Part shown: positions 8,584-17,400 of the stretch, piece after piece | Position numbering within the stretch: position 1 is the first letter of the stretch | Layout: each line of letters opens with the position of its first letter | IMG/VR virus record: IMGVR_UViG_3300035661_000166 | Location: 1-38,079 of that record | DNA from: a virus | Taxonomy: Duplodnaviria > Caudoviricetes | Strand: one strand, 5' to 3' | Length of the DNA: 38,079 nt | Made by a program: the position numbers and the translations under genes | The notes under the pieces: model-generated | Database searches by the model: none | Told to the model about the DNA's origin: nothing | Seen by the model: only the letters and a program-made list of their open reading frames with translations

Positions 8584-8633
8584 TGGTACCGCTCATTTTA
8601 ATGATTATTCTTTTAATCCTGTTGAGGTGATAT

Positions 8634-9609
8634 ATGGTAGAATTGCCAACACTTTATTCTGAAATTATTCATAGGAGTCGATATTCTCGATTCCTTCCAG
8701 AGAAAGGTCGAAGGGAGACTTGGGAAGAGACAGTAGATCGTCTCTGTAATTACCTAGCCAAAAAGGTAGGTAGAGGTGTACTAGAGTATGAAATGGAGCA
8801 GATTAGGGACGCTATCCTGTATTTAGATGTTATGCCCTCTATGCGTTTAATGATGACTGCGGGGGAGGCTTGTGATCGGGATAATATCTCTGCTTATAAC
8901 TGTAGTTACCTTGCAGTGAATAATAAGCGTGCTTTTTCTGAATGTCTTTATATTTTGATGAATGGTACTGGGGTTGGTTTCTCTTGTGAACAACAAGAGG
9001 TTGCTAAACTACCTGATATCCCTAATGAGTTGAGAGATACAGATGACACGATTGTTGTGGGTGATTCGAAACTCGGGTGGGCAAAAGCCTTCAAAAAGTT
9101 ATTGTCTAACTTGTGGGAAGGAGATATTCCACGAATCGACTTTAGCAAAGTTCGTCCAGCAGGTGCTCGACTCAAGACGTTCGGAGGAAGAGCGTCTGGC
9201 CCTGATCCTCTGCGACGATTGTTTGAGTTTGTTATCAACACATTCAAGCGAGCCAAAGGACGTAAGCTAACTTCACTGGAAGTGCATGACATTATGTGCA
9301 TGATTGGTGAGGTCGTTGTAGTTGGCGGAGTACGTCGATCGGCTTTGATTAGTCTATCTAATCTCTCTGATCTTCGTATGAGAGACGCTAAGTCTGGTGC
9401 TTGGTATATTGATAACCCACACCGTAGTCTAGCTAATAACAGTGTAGCCTACACAGAGAAACCTGACGCTGAAACTTTCATGGAAGAGTGGCTCTCTCTT
9501 GTTAAATCTAAATCAGGAGAGCGTGGAATCTTTAACCGAAAAGCTAGTCAAAATCAAGCAGCAAAATGGGGACGACGAAGTAGTAGCCTCAACTATGGTA
9601 CAAATCCCT
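8634..9609 (+). CDS. nrdJ: Class II (B12-dependent) ribonucleotide reductase, exon 1
   Basis: RRETWEETVDR, MPSMR, YNCSY, GTGVGFS, VVVGGVRRSA, ending GTNP plus the T of a split Cys codon. Spliced CDS join(8634..9609,10393..10427,10668..11564) is 1908 nt, 635 aa. Confidence 0.93.
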
Positions 9610-10392
9610 AAGCGACAATGTGGGGATTTAAAACCCTCTCTAATTGACTTGGAAGTCAGCGACATGACGACAGGGCGCAAGCAAGTGAAAGCTGTGCAGC
9701 GTGAGAGACTGAGCGAGAGGGATTATATGTATTGTGTTTATTGGATTTGTTTGCCTAACCATTTGGATATTTATTCAGAAGGTTATGTGGGTATTACTTC
9801 TAACTTCCATGAGAGAATGAGGGCTCATAAGAAGAATAAACGTAAAAGCCACTTTACTTTTGCAAAGAATAAATATGGTTGGACTAATCTAAATAAAACT
9901 ATTGTTGCACAACATCTTAGTTTATTTGAAGCACTTCTTTTAGAGAGAACTTTTCGACCAGTTATTAATATTGGTTGGAACTCTCAACAAGGTGGTGAAT
10001 TAGGTGTTGAGCCCGGATGGTATTTAGATCAAACAAACAGAGATAAGCACAGTAAGGCTACATCTGAAGCGACTATTCTGGCTATTGCTGTAAAAGATAC
10101 AAAAGAAGCTAGGTCAGAGCGAGCTAAGAAAAACTGGAAAGATAAATCAAAGTCTTATGAGGGTATATGTTCTGGTAGTAAGAACTCCAGAGCAATTCTT
10201 AAAGAAGAGCAAGTAAGGTATATTAAATACTCCCTTATACCTGCTGGCTTAAAAGATAGAGAGATTTCTGAAAAGTTTGGTGTTAAGCCGTATGTTATTA
10301 GTTTTATCCGTTCTGGTAAAAACTGGTCACACATATAATATGCGACAGTCCAGCGCACAAGTAGATAAGTCGATGTAACTCTACAGTGTGAG
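9610..10392 (+). mobile_element. Group I intron 1 in nrdJ (783 nt) carrying a homing endonuclease ORF
   Basis: Exon ends in U; P1 AAATCCCT (9602-9609)/GGGGATTT (9622-9629); P3 CCCTCTC/GAGAGGG; P7 GACTG (9707)/CAGTC (10346); terminal G10392; removal restores TNPCSE. Confidence 0.92.
9727..10338 (+). CDS. Intron-encoded GIY-YIG homing endonuclease
   Basis: CVY...YVG, ERMRAH, LLE, GWN; C-terminal HTH-like DREISEKFGV...IRSGKNW; SD GAGAGGG before ATG 9727. Confidence 0.88.
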   Translation: MYCVYWICLPNHLDIYSEGYVGITSNFHERMRAHKKNKRKSHFTFAKNKYGWTNLNKTIVAQHLSLFEALLLERTFRPVINIGWNSQQGGELGVEPGWYLDQTNRDKHSKATSEATILAIAVKDTKEARSERAKKNWKDKSKSYEGICSGSKNSRAILKEEQVRYIKYSLIPAGLKDREISEKFGVKPYVISFIRSGKNWSHI

Positions 10393-10427
10393 GCAGCGAA
10401 ATTATCCTTCGAGATAAACAATTCTGT
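10393..10427 (+). CDS. nrdJ: nrdJ exon 2 (35-nt micro-exon, (C)SEIILRDKQFC)
   Basis: In frame with both flanking exons after splicing; supplies the finger-loop Cys/Glu and the second Cys. Confidence 0.92.
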
Positions 10428-10667
10428 TAAATGATGGCAGAATTAAAACCGTGTGAACTCAGGGAACACCCAGACCGGGCAATCCTGACCCAAGTTAAAT
10501 CGGGGGCAACGACTATCTCGAAAGAGAGTACACTCAAGTGAGTGGAAGCGCACGGCACCTAACGGTGATGATATAGTCTGAACTGCAAAGGAATTTGCAG
10601 AAGGGTATTGACAGCTATTTTAGTCAACATCCCTGCTACAGCCTAACGACCTGTAGTGAACATATTG
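10428..10667 (+). ncRNA. Group I intron 2 in nrdJ (240 nt, no ORF)
   Basis: P1 AATTCTGT/GCAGAATT; P3 CCGTGT/GCACGG; P7 GACTA (10511)/TAGTC (10574); terminal G10667; removal restores QFCNLTEV. Confidence 0.92.
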
Positions 10668-11564
10668 AATCTTACTGAAGTCGTGGTACGACCAGAGGAC
10701 ACATTTGAAGACCTAAAGACTAAGATAGAGCTTGCTACCATTCTTGGCACTATTCAATCCTCTTTCACTGATTTCCAATTCCTATCAGAAGAGTGGAAGA
10801 AGAATACGGAAGAGGAAAGATTGCTTGGTGTGAGTTTAACTGGTATTATGGACCATCCAATATTGAATGGAACCTCTACAAATGTTAATGGTCACGAGAT
10901 ATACCTAGACGAGTGGCTGAGTGAATTACGGGATCATGCTAGGGAGGTAAATGAGGAGTGGGCAGATAAGTTGGGTCTTCCAAGGAGTGCAGCTATTTCT
11001 GCAATAAAACCCTCGGGAACGGTTAGCCAGTTAGTAGATAGTGCTAGTGGGATTCATGCTCGACACAATCCTTATTACATTCGACGCATACGAATGGATA
11101 AGAAAGACCCCATCTACACTTTCTTGAAAGATAGTGGGGTTCCCTGTGAAGATGAACAATTTAGACCAGACTCTACGGCTGTGTTTAGCTTTCCACAGAG
11201 AGCGCCAGAAGGAGCAGTATGTCGGAAGGATAGAACAGCACTTGAGCAACTGGAACTTTGGCTTACCTATCAACGCCACTGGTGTGAGCAAAAACCATCA
11301 ATTACTGTATCAGTAAAAGATGAAGAGTGGGTAGAAGTTGGTGCTTGGGTCTATAAGCATTTTGATGAAATGAGTGGAGTATCTTTTCTACCCTTCTCGG
11401 ATCATACTTATGTACAAGCACCTTATGAAGACATTACAGAGGAGCAATATAATGCGATGCTATCACAAGAGTACAAGGTGGACTGGTCCTTATTCAAGGA
11501 GCAAGAAGACAACACCGAAGGTGTCCAACAGTTAGCCTGTGTATCAGGAGTTTGTGAAGTGTAA
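10668..11564 (+). CDS. nrdJ: nrdJ exon 3
   Basis: NLTEVV, RLLGVSLTGI, KPSGTVSQL, PSITV, C-terminal ACVSGVCEV Cys pair. Confidence 0.93.
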   Translation, partial: NLTEVVVRPEDTFEDLKTKIELATILGTIQSSFTDFQFLSEEWKKNTEEERLLGVSLTGIMDHPILNGTSTNVNGHEIYLDEWLSELRDHAREVNEEWADKLGLPRSAAISAIKPSGTVSQLVDSASGIHARHNPYYIRRIRMDKKDPIYTFLKDSGVPCEDEQFRPDSTAVFSFPQRAPEGAVCRKDRTALEQLELWLTYQRHWCEQKPSITVSVKDEEWVEVGAWVYKHFDEMSGVSFLPFSDHTYVQAPYEDITEEQYNAMLSQEYKVDWSLFKEQEDNTEGVQQLACVSGVCEV

Positions 11565-11600
11565 AGAAAAGAAGAAGCCCCTTTCGGGGCTTTTTCATTT
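11565..11600. terminator. Bidirectional intrinsic terminator between the convergent halves
   Basis: A-rich tract, AAGCCCC-TTTC-GGGGCTT hairpin, then TTTTT. Confidence 0.88.
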
Positions 11601-11607
11601 TGGTCTT

Positions 11608-11679
11608 TTAGTCTGGACCTTGAGGGAACGTCTGATCTTCATCATCATCATACGGTCTCTGATTTTCAGGCATGGCCAT
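11608..11679 (-). CDS. Possible 23-aa acidic peptide MAMPENQRPYDDDEDQTFPQGPD
   Basis: Starts 1 nt after the upstream stop and ends just before the terminator. Confidence 0.35.
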   Translation of the reverse strand: MAMPENQRPYDDDEDQTFPQGPD

Positions 11680-11680
11680 A

Positions 11681-11818
11681 TCATTTCTTTCTTTTCTTGC
11701 CTTTCCTTGCATGACTCAAAGCAATAGCAACAGCCTGCTTTTGAGGTTTCCCATGTTTCATTTCAGTTTTGATATTAGAAGAAACAACCTTCTTACCCTT
11801 ACCAGATTTGAGCGGCAT
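11681..11818 (-). CDS. Small basic phage protein (45 aa; PQKQAVAIA motif)
   Basis: MPLKSGKGKKVVSSNIKTEMKHGKPQKQAVAIALSHARKGKKRKK; a motif widespread in phage late regions. Confidence 0.85.
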   Translation of the reverse strand: MPLKSGKGKKVVSSNIKTEMKHGKPQKQAVAIALSHARKGKKRKK

Positions 11819-11820
11819 TA

Positions 11821-11994
11821 TTAAAGCCCCTTAAACCAATCTCGAACACGAGCAAAAGCTTCTTCAGTCATTACTACTACCTCTGAAGGGACACTTGCAA
11901 TCTTCTGTTCAAGAGCAGATGCCTGAGCCTCTAGTTTAGCCGACTCTGCACGTAAGCTGGCAACCTCTTGTTGAATCACTTCTTGCGCTGTCAT
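11821..11994 (-). CDS. Small coiled-coil protein (57 aa)
   Basis: MTAQEVIQQEVASLRAESAKLEAQASALEQKIA...; TAATG coupling to the upstream gene, SD GGAG. Confidence 0.75.
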   Translation of the reverse strand: MTAQEVIQQEVASLRAESAKLEAQASALEQKIASVPSEVVVMTEEAFARVRDWFKGL

Positions 11995-12428
11995 TATATA
12001 ATCTCCAAAGTAACATCTTCCCCGTTTTTAATAGCTTCTTGCAACTTGGGGAAAAACGTAGCAAAAGCCATACGACTATTTCCAATAAAATCTACACCAA
12101 CCCAAGTATTACCTAATAGGATACATCCTTCTGTATCCTTATCTGTATTACCTGGATGAATACGGATGCCCTCAAATCCAGGTACATCTAGGACATGGGG
12201 CATATCCTTATTAAACCTTGTACTAAAGTCCACAATGACTTTATAAGTACCTGTAGGTATAGCAGTCTCCCCTTTCACTTTCCATTGTTCTACAGGTACA
12301 TTCTGCCTTTGTCTAACTTTATCCTCTAGAGTAAAGCAGGCATATTGCCCATTGATAAAGAACCTACCAAGAGTGTAATTAGTGCCGTATTCAAACCGCT
12401 TTACTTGTAGGTGCATCATCTTTCCCAA
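11994..12428 (-). CDS. Putative endolysin (DUF5675, L,D-transpeptidase-like)
   Basis: CFTLED, ETAIPTGTY, IRIHPGNTDKDTEGCILLG (His...Cys pair); adjacent to a holin. Confidence 0.8.
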   Translation of the reverse strand: MGKMMHLQVKRFEYGTNYTLGRFFINGQYACFTLEDKVRQRQNVPVEQWKVKGETAIPTGTYKVIVDFSTRFNKDMPHVLDVPGFEGIRIHPGNTDKDTEGCILLGNTWVGVDFIGNSRMAFATFFPKLQEAIKNGEDVTLEII

Positions 12429-12726
12429 AGTATTTATTCTCGATAATTAGAAGAGCACGTGTACCCATGTGCCCGGATATGCCCACCATTGCCGCTGTCA
12501 TTGCCCAGTTGATACCAGCAGAATCGCAAAGTAGAGCAGTGATAATACCTACAAAAGCAGAAGTACTAACTTCAACTAGAAACCTCATATAACTAAACTT
12601 GATCTTGTGTTTATCAATGCGGTTAAAGTAACCAACAGCTCCGCCCCATATAGCTAGGAGAACTACCCAAGAGTATGATAGTAGTGTTGCAAAGTTGTTA
12701 TTCTCTGGTGGTTCGATGTGCATCAT
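12391..12726 (-). CDS. Holin (LydA-like, three TM segments)
   Basis: Three hydrophobic helices, LAIWGGAV...TSAFVG...GISGHMGTRAL; upstream of the lysin. Confidence 0.88.
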   Translation of the reverse strand: MMHIEPPENNNFATLLSYSWVVLLAIWGGAVGYFNRIDKHKIKFSYMRFLVEVSTSAFVGIITALLCDSAGINWAMTAAMVGISGHMGTRALLIIENKYFGKDDAPTSKAV

Positions 12727-12747
12727 ACTTTAGTCCGGTAGTTATCA

Positions 12748-13167
12748 TTAGTACAATAGTCCATTTGTTATAAAAGCTGATCTAAGTTGGTTTACAGCAT
12801 CTACTAGGGTATTAAAATCTGTTGCTGTGGGCGGCGCTGCAACATGACTAAGTACAGGGGGTGCTGGTTGAGGAGAGGGGGTGCCGCTTAAGTCTGTATA
12901 AGCGCCTGTATGAGCTACTGTAGATAGTCCAGAAACATCTGTATAAGGTACTTGTGCCTGCCCCGTTATAGGACTTGATCCGTTACCTTTTAGATAACCT
13001 AAAAGATTTGTAGCACCCGTACCGCCATGAAGTACATCAAGGATAAAGTCACCAAACTGAATACTTTGTATATATGTTCCAAGGTTCCTAAACCACTCTC
13101 TCCATTGCAGGTTCTCCCCGATCTTATCCTGAGGAATTGGGGGAAGAGTTTTAGCAGCCATTAGCAA
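12748..13167 (-). CDS. Hypothetical virion-associated protein with fibre-like segments
   Basis: WREWF N-terminal motif, GGTGAT and SGLSTVAHTGAYTDLSGTP segments. Confidence 0.7.
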   Translation of the reverse strand: MLMAAKTLPPIPQDKIGENLQWREWFRNLGTYIQSIQFGDFILDVLHGGTGATNLLGYLKGNGSSPITGQAQVPYTDVSGLSTVAHTGAYTDLSGTPSPQPAPPVLSHVAAPPTATDFNTLVDAVNQLRSAFITNGLLY

Positions 13168-14489
13168 TACTCCAAATCAGTACAATAACCCATCTTATGA
13201 AGTTCTGGTAATTGTTTCTCCAGACGCTCTCCAATGTCAGTTCGGTACATAATGCTATTAGGGATATCAATCTTATCTTTGATCGTCTTGTAGCACCTCT
13301 CAGAGGCATCCTTGACGGTATCCCCAAGCCCTGTTACTGTACAAACATAATCACCAGCAGTAACAAACATAGGTGTATCCATCTTTACCTTATCACCTTC
13401 CATTGAGGGGGCTTTACCCCACTTGATCTCAGAAGCATGTATATTACCAATCAAATCTTCTTCAGTGATACCAAAGAGAGGATAACCTGAGCACTCTTTC
13501 TTGCTCTTATTTCCATAAGGATAGTCTGGCATAGAGATAACTACCCCAAAACCAATCTTACCCTTTACCTTCAAAGTATCTTTACCATCAATCATATCCA
13601 GCATCCATTGGATAGGATCACCACGATGTAGAGAAGTTTGAATCTGGAACAAAGGCCAGCCGGGGCGTGTAGTAAATTCCAAAGGCCACGGAGTTCCCTT
13701 ATCATCAATAATACAGTTTACATCAATGTAGCCTGTATAGCCAATACCATGTAGGAAACCTTCAAGAGGCTTAAGCACTCTATCAGCTAATAGGGATTCT
13801 TCAGTATAGCGAAGAATAGTCCCTTGTTCTCCAGTAGCAACTCCCAAATCCCCATTCATGAATTTCTTGAATTCCCAGTTCTCCAGATAGTTCCGAGAGA
13901 AACCAGAGGCACCAAACCAACCCCCAACAGCCATCTCAATACCCTTATGGAACTCTTGAAGGACAAATTCACCCTTATAGGCATTCTCCTTCTTCCATTT
14001 CTGTAGCATAAAGATCAAATCAGCAGGAGACTTCGAGACGTAGCTAAGAGCCTTTTCACCATCTCCAAGAGGCTTAGAGACATACCGCTTGCCCGTCTTT
14101 TGTACGTGGGCAATGGCCTCATCGTATTTCTTGAACTTCTGCATAGGGATGGTCTGTATACCTGCACGTTCATGTACAGCAGCACCATATTCTCTGTCCT
14201 GTTCCCATCGCTGTCCTTCAAGATTACAACCAAAGATAGGGTAGCCTTGCTTACGGTATCGCTCAAGTTGATGCACATAAACAGTATTGTCTGTAACGAA
14301 GATAAGGTCTGCCCACTTCATATGGACTTCCCAGTCAGAGACTCTTTGTACAATACCATCACCAATCTCAGAACGAGTTTTATCCTTTTGGTTGTCCCTT
14401 ATATAAAGACGTACTGTATGTCCAGCAGCAAGAGCACGGATAGAAAGATCAAGGCCAAGACCAAACTGGTCGATAATTAGGAGATTCAT
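13161..14489 (-). CDS. PurD (GAR synthetase)-like ATP-grasp ligase, diverged
   Basis: Colinear with PurD: VLQEFHKGIE, KKFMNGDLGVATGEQG, LEFTTRPGWP, PDYPY, VTAGDYVCTVTGLGDTV, MYRTDIG. Confidence 0.85.
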   Translation of the reverse strand: MNLLIIDQFGLGLDLSIRALAAGHTVRLYIRDNQKDKTRSEIGDGIVQRVSDWEVHMKWADLIFVTDNTVYVHQLERYRKQGYPIFGCNLEGQRWEQDREYGAAVHERAGIQTIPMQKFKKYDEAIAHVQKTGKRYVSKPLGDGEKALSYVSKSPADLIFMLQKWKKENAYKGEFVLQEFHKGIEMAVGGWFGASGFSRNYLENWEFKKFMNGDLGVATGEQGTILRYTEESLLADRVLKPLEGFLHGIGYTGYIDVNCIIDDKGTPWPLEFTTRPGWPLFQIQTSLHRGDPIQWMLDMIDGKDTLKVKGKIGFGVVISMPDYPYGNKSKKECSGYPLFGITEEDLIGNIHASEIKWGKAPSMEGDKVKMDTPMFVTAGDYVCTVTGLGDTVKDASERCYKTIKDKIDIPNSIMYRTDIGERLEKQLPELHKMGYCTDLEYC

Positions 14490-17400
14490 TGCGTAGATTT
14501 CCTTTTAGCCTCTTTCCTAGCTTTTCTTGCCTGTTGGCGGATACGTTCCATTTTATCCTCTTTTGTTTGTCCATATAAACCAAAGCCAAACTCTCCGGCT
14601 ATTGCTCGTTGCATCCTCTCATTCATAAGAGAAGAGGAGGTTGTACCAAGCATGGATTGTGCCCCAAATGGTTCTACCTTACCCAAGATAGCAGCAAGTT
14701 TAGAGTCTACGGGAGGTCCATTAAGATATGCTTTACCACCAAGAGCAATCAAACCAGCTTGTGGGAAGAATGAAAGTTTATTAGACAAAAACTTAGATGG
14801 ATTCTGTAGGAGTTCCGTTGCCTCAGCAGAGTGTTTAATAACCTGCATACTACGACCGTCTGGTAAATCTAGTCTGGTTTTATCCTTATTATCCCAAATA
14901 GGTCTACCCACTAGTGCATAATTAGCTGCATTAAGTATACCACCATAGATAATAGCTGTTCTCATTACATACTTAGCAGCTAAAACATTATTCAAATCAC
15001 CAGAGTAACCAGGGATAGCCTTATACCAAGCACGAAGAGTAGAGAGTGTCCAATCAGGGGCGAAGATAGCAAGTTGAAGCATATCCCTACCCTTAGGATT
15101 TAAAAGGCCAGCAGCAAGCTTACGACCCATTGCTGTACGGGATTCTTCAAACACTTGGTACCAATTCAACCCACCAAAGGTATCATTAATAAAAGAACTA
15201 ATTTGTCTTGCAGCTTGTTCTCTAGTCAGGTTACTAAAATCCTTACCCATAAAACTCTTTGTAGAATCCCACTGATGCAATAAGGTAAGGGCAAGGTTCC
15301 CTTTTAGTCCTGTGTGCGCAATCTCCCAAGTGAGCCTATCAACTTTACTTTGCACTGCATCAAACTTCTTAGCAGTTTTCCCTGCTATCTTTGTTCCAGT
15401 TAGTTCATCAACTAACTTACCAACCTTTTCAATAGACTGCACATCCACATCTGATGGGTGTTTCATAACAAGACCACCTTCACGGATTAAGAAATCCATG
15501 TTGTCCCCAAGACCTCCATTATGAAACATATAAAGAGCAGCTTTAACACCATCTGGTGATACTGCTTTTCTACCGCCGGCTAATAAAGCAGCCTCTATCA
15601 AAGACTTTCCGTGGAATAAGGAAAAAGACACACCGAGACGTTTAATTGCTGCATTAACATTCACAGCAGCTTTAGCAAGTTCATTAGTGGTTCTACCTTT
15701 TAACAACACTTTTAGAGGATCAACAATCTCAGGATGAACCCGGAGACCGTTTAATATTGATATACCTTCTATTGATTTGTAATCAGAAGGAGCTTTATCT
15801 GTTGGTTGTACTAGACGAGCAGAAAGCTTATCCCCCGCAACAGCAGCACCTTTTAGACCCTCAATCAGGTTCTTATCCTCAATAGCCTTTGTCATAGCAC
15901 GGCCATAAATGGGGAGAATTTCAGAGGGGTCCATGGTCTTTACTTGAAGACCTGATCCCTCAAGAGCAGCATTCAATTCTTGAAAAGTATCATATTTACG
16001 TTCTTTTGTAAAGCGACGAGAACCGCCAGCACCATCTTGAGAAAAACCAAGTAAATCTTTAACCTGAGCAGCAAGGCCATCTTGACCTAGTTTCTCTACA
16101 ATATGTGGTACATAGTTCTCAATGAAGCCACTCATAATTCCGGCATCTTTAGCAGCAACAGCAAAGGAATCCATCATGGATTTCCATGCATCTACAACCT
16201 CCTTCTCATGTGGTTGTAGCTTAATATTGTCCAGAGTACCTTTTTCATAAGCAGAGATAACCTCAACACGACGAGTTTGGTCTGGTATCTTTACCTTGAT
16301 CTTATTGGCCATGTTAGTGTACAGGCGCTCCATTGCAATTTTGTTATTATAGTTTACACGAAACAGATCACCAGATTGTATTGATTTGGCTGCTGGTAAC
16401 TCTCCCCATCCCCACAGACCAAGACCAGCTAAAGCACCCTCAATCTTACGGTCGGGGTTATAGTACACACCAGCAGCAACCATACTTGTTGGTAGTGCTG
16501 CTTTAAAAACAGCCTTTCTAAAATCATTCTTCAAAAGAGAAGCAGCTTTTGGCAAAGACCCGGCTAGGACAATTGAACCAATACCAGCAAGAACAGCACC
16601 CTCAACCTTTTGTCCCTCTGGTGAGGCTATATATCCTGCTGTAGCTGCACCAGAAACTAATGCCATACCAGCAAGAACTTTAACATTAGCTTGTCCTTTT
16701 TCTTTGAAAAGGTCTTTTGTACCTTTAAGAGGGCTTATTGCAGATTTAACATTCTTAGGATCAAATACGACAACTTCATGATACTTGTTACCAAACTTCA
16801 TAACAAGCCCATCATAACCCCTATCAATTAGTGTTTGTCTTATTTGCTCATCTTCTGCGGGTGTTCTGCTCTTCTTGCCAAACTCTCTTACAAACTGTTC
16901 CTCAGAGATGGGATTTTTTAAATTAACGTGTGCAGGGTACATCGTACCCCCTTCAGGACTCTTTGCATAACCTCCTGCACGTACCTTACCTTCAGCAAGA
17001 TAGACACCCGAACCATAGAGACCCCTACCCTTAGTGGGGACACCACCAGGAATGTGTGTATTCGTCCCGTGATAGAGCGTAACCAAACGCCCTTCTTCAT
17101 CTTTTATAACAGAATCTTTGAACTCTGGGAAAGTCTCTAAGAAAGCTTTTTCACGGACGCTAAGGTCTTTTGGTTGTGCTTCCTTCATATGTTCATTCCA
17201 AGCAGCGTCTAAAGACTCTTGTTTTGATCTCTCCGTAGTATTTGTAATCTCAGCTACAGGTTCTTCTACCCTCTTAGGTGCTTCTACTGACCCCTCAGTA
17301 GGAGGGGGAACCGAAGGTTCCTCAGCAGGAGGATTTACTTTGGTAGCAGTCTTGATATCCTCTGCTTGTTTAGCTAAATCACCCTCAGGCACATGCTCAG

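Noticed and set aside
9499-9726. N-terminal 76 aa of ORF 9499..10338 and the GTG start of ORF 10656
   Set aside because: They overlap nrdJ exon 1 or intron structure; better boundaries are ATG 9727 and exon start 10668.
10608-10630. TTGACA resembling a promoter in intron 2
   Set aside because: It is one arm of a TTGAC/GTCAA hairpin in the intron 3' region and lacks a good -10.
8634-11564. nrdJ as a pseudogene, two-gene split or intein-containing gene
   Set aside because: In-frame stops rule out an intein, and removing two introns at canonical U/G boundaries restores an intact active site.
13161-14489. Assigning the gene symbol purD
   Set aside because: Substrate-binding and catalytic motifs are altered and the context is virion morphogenesis.
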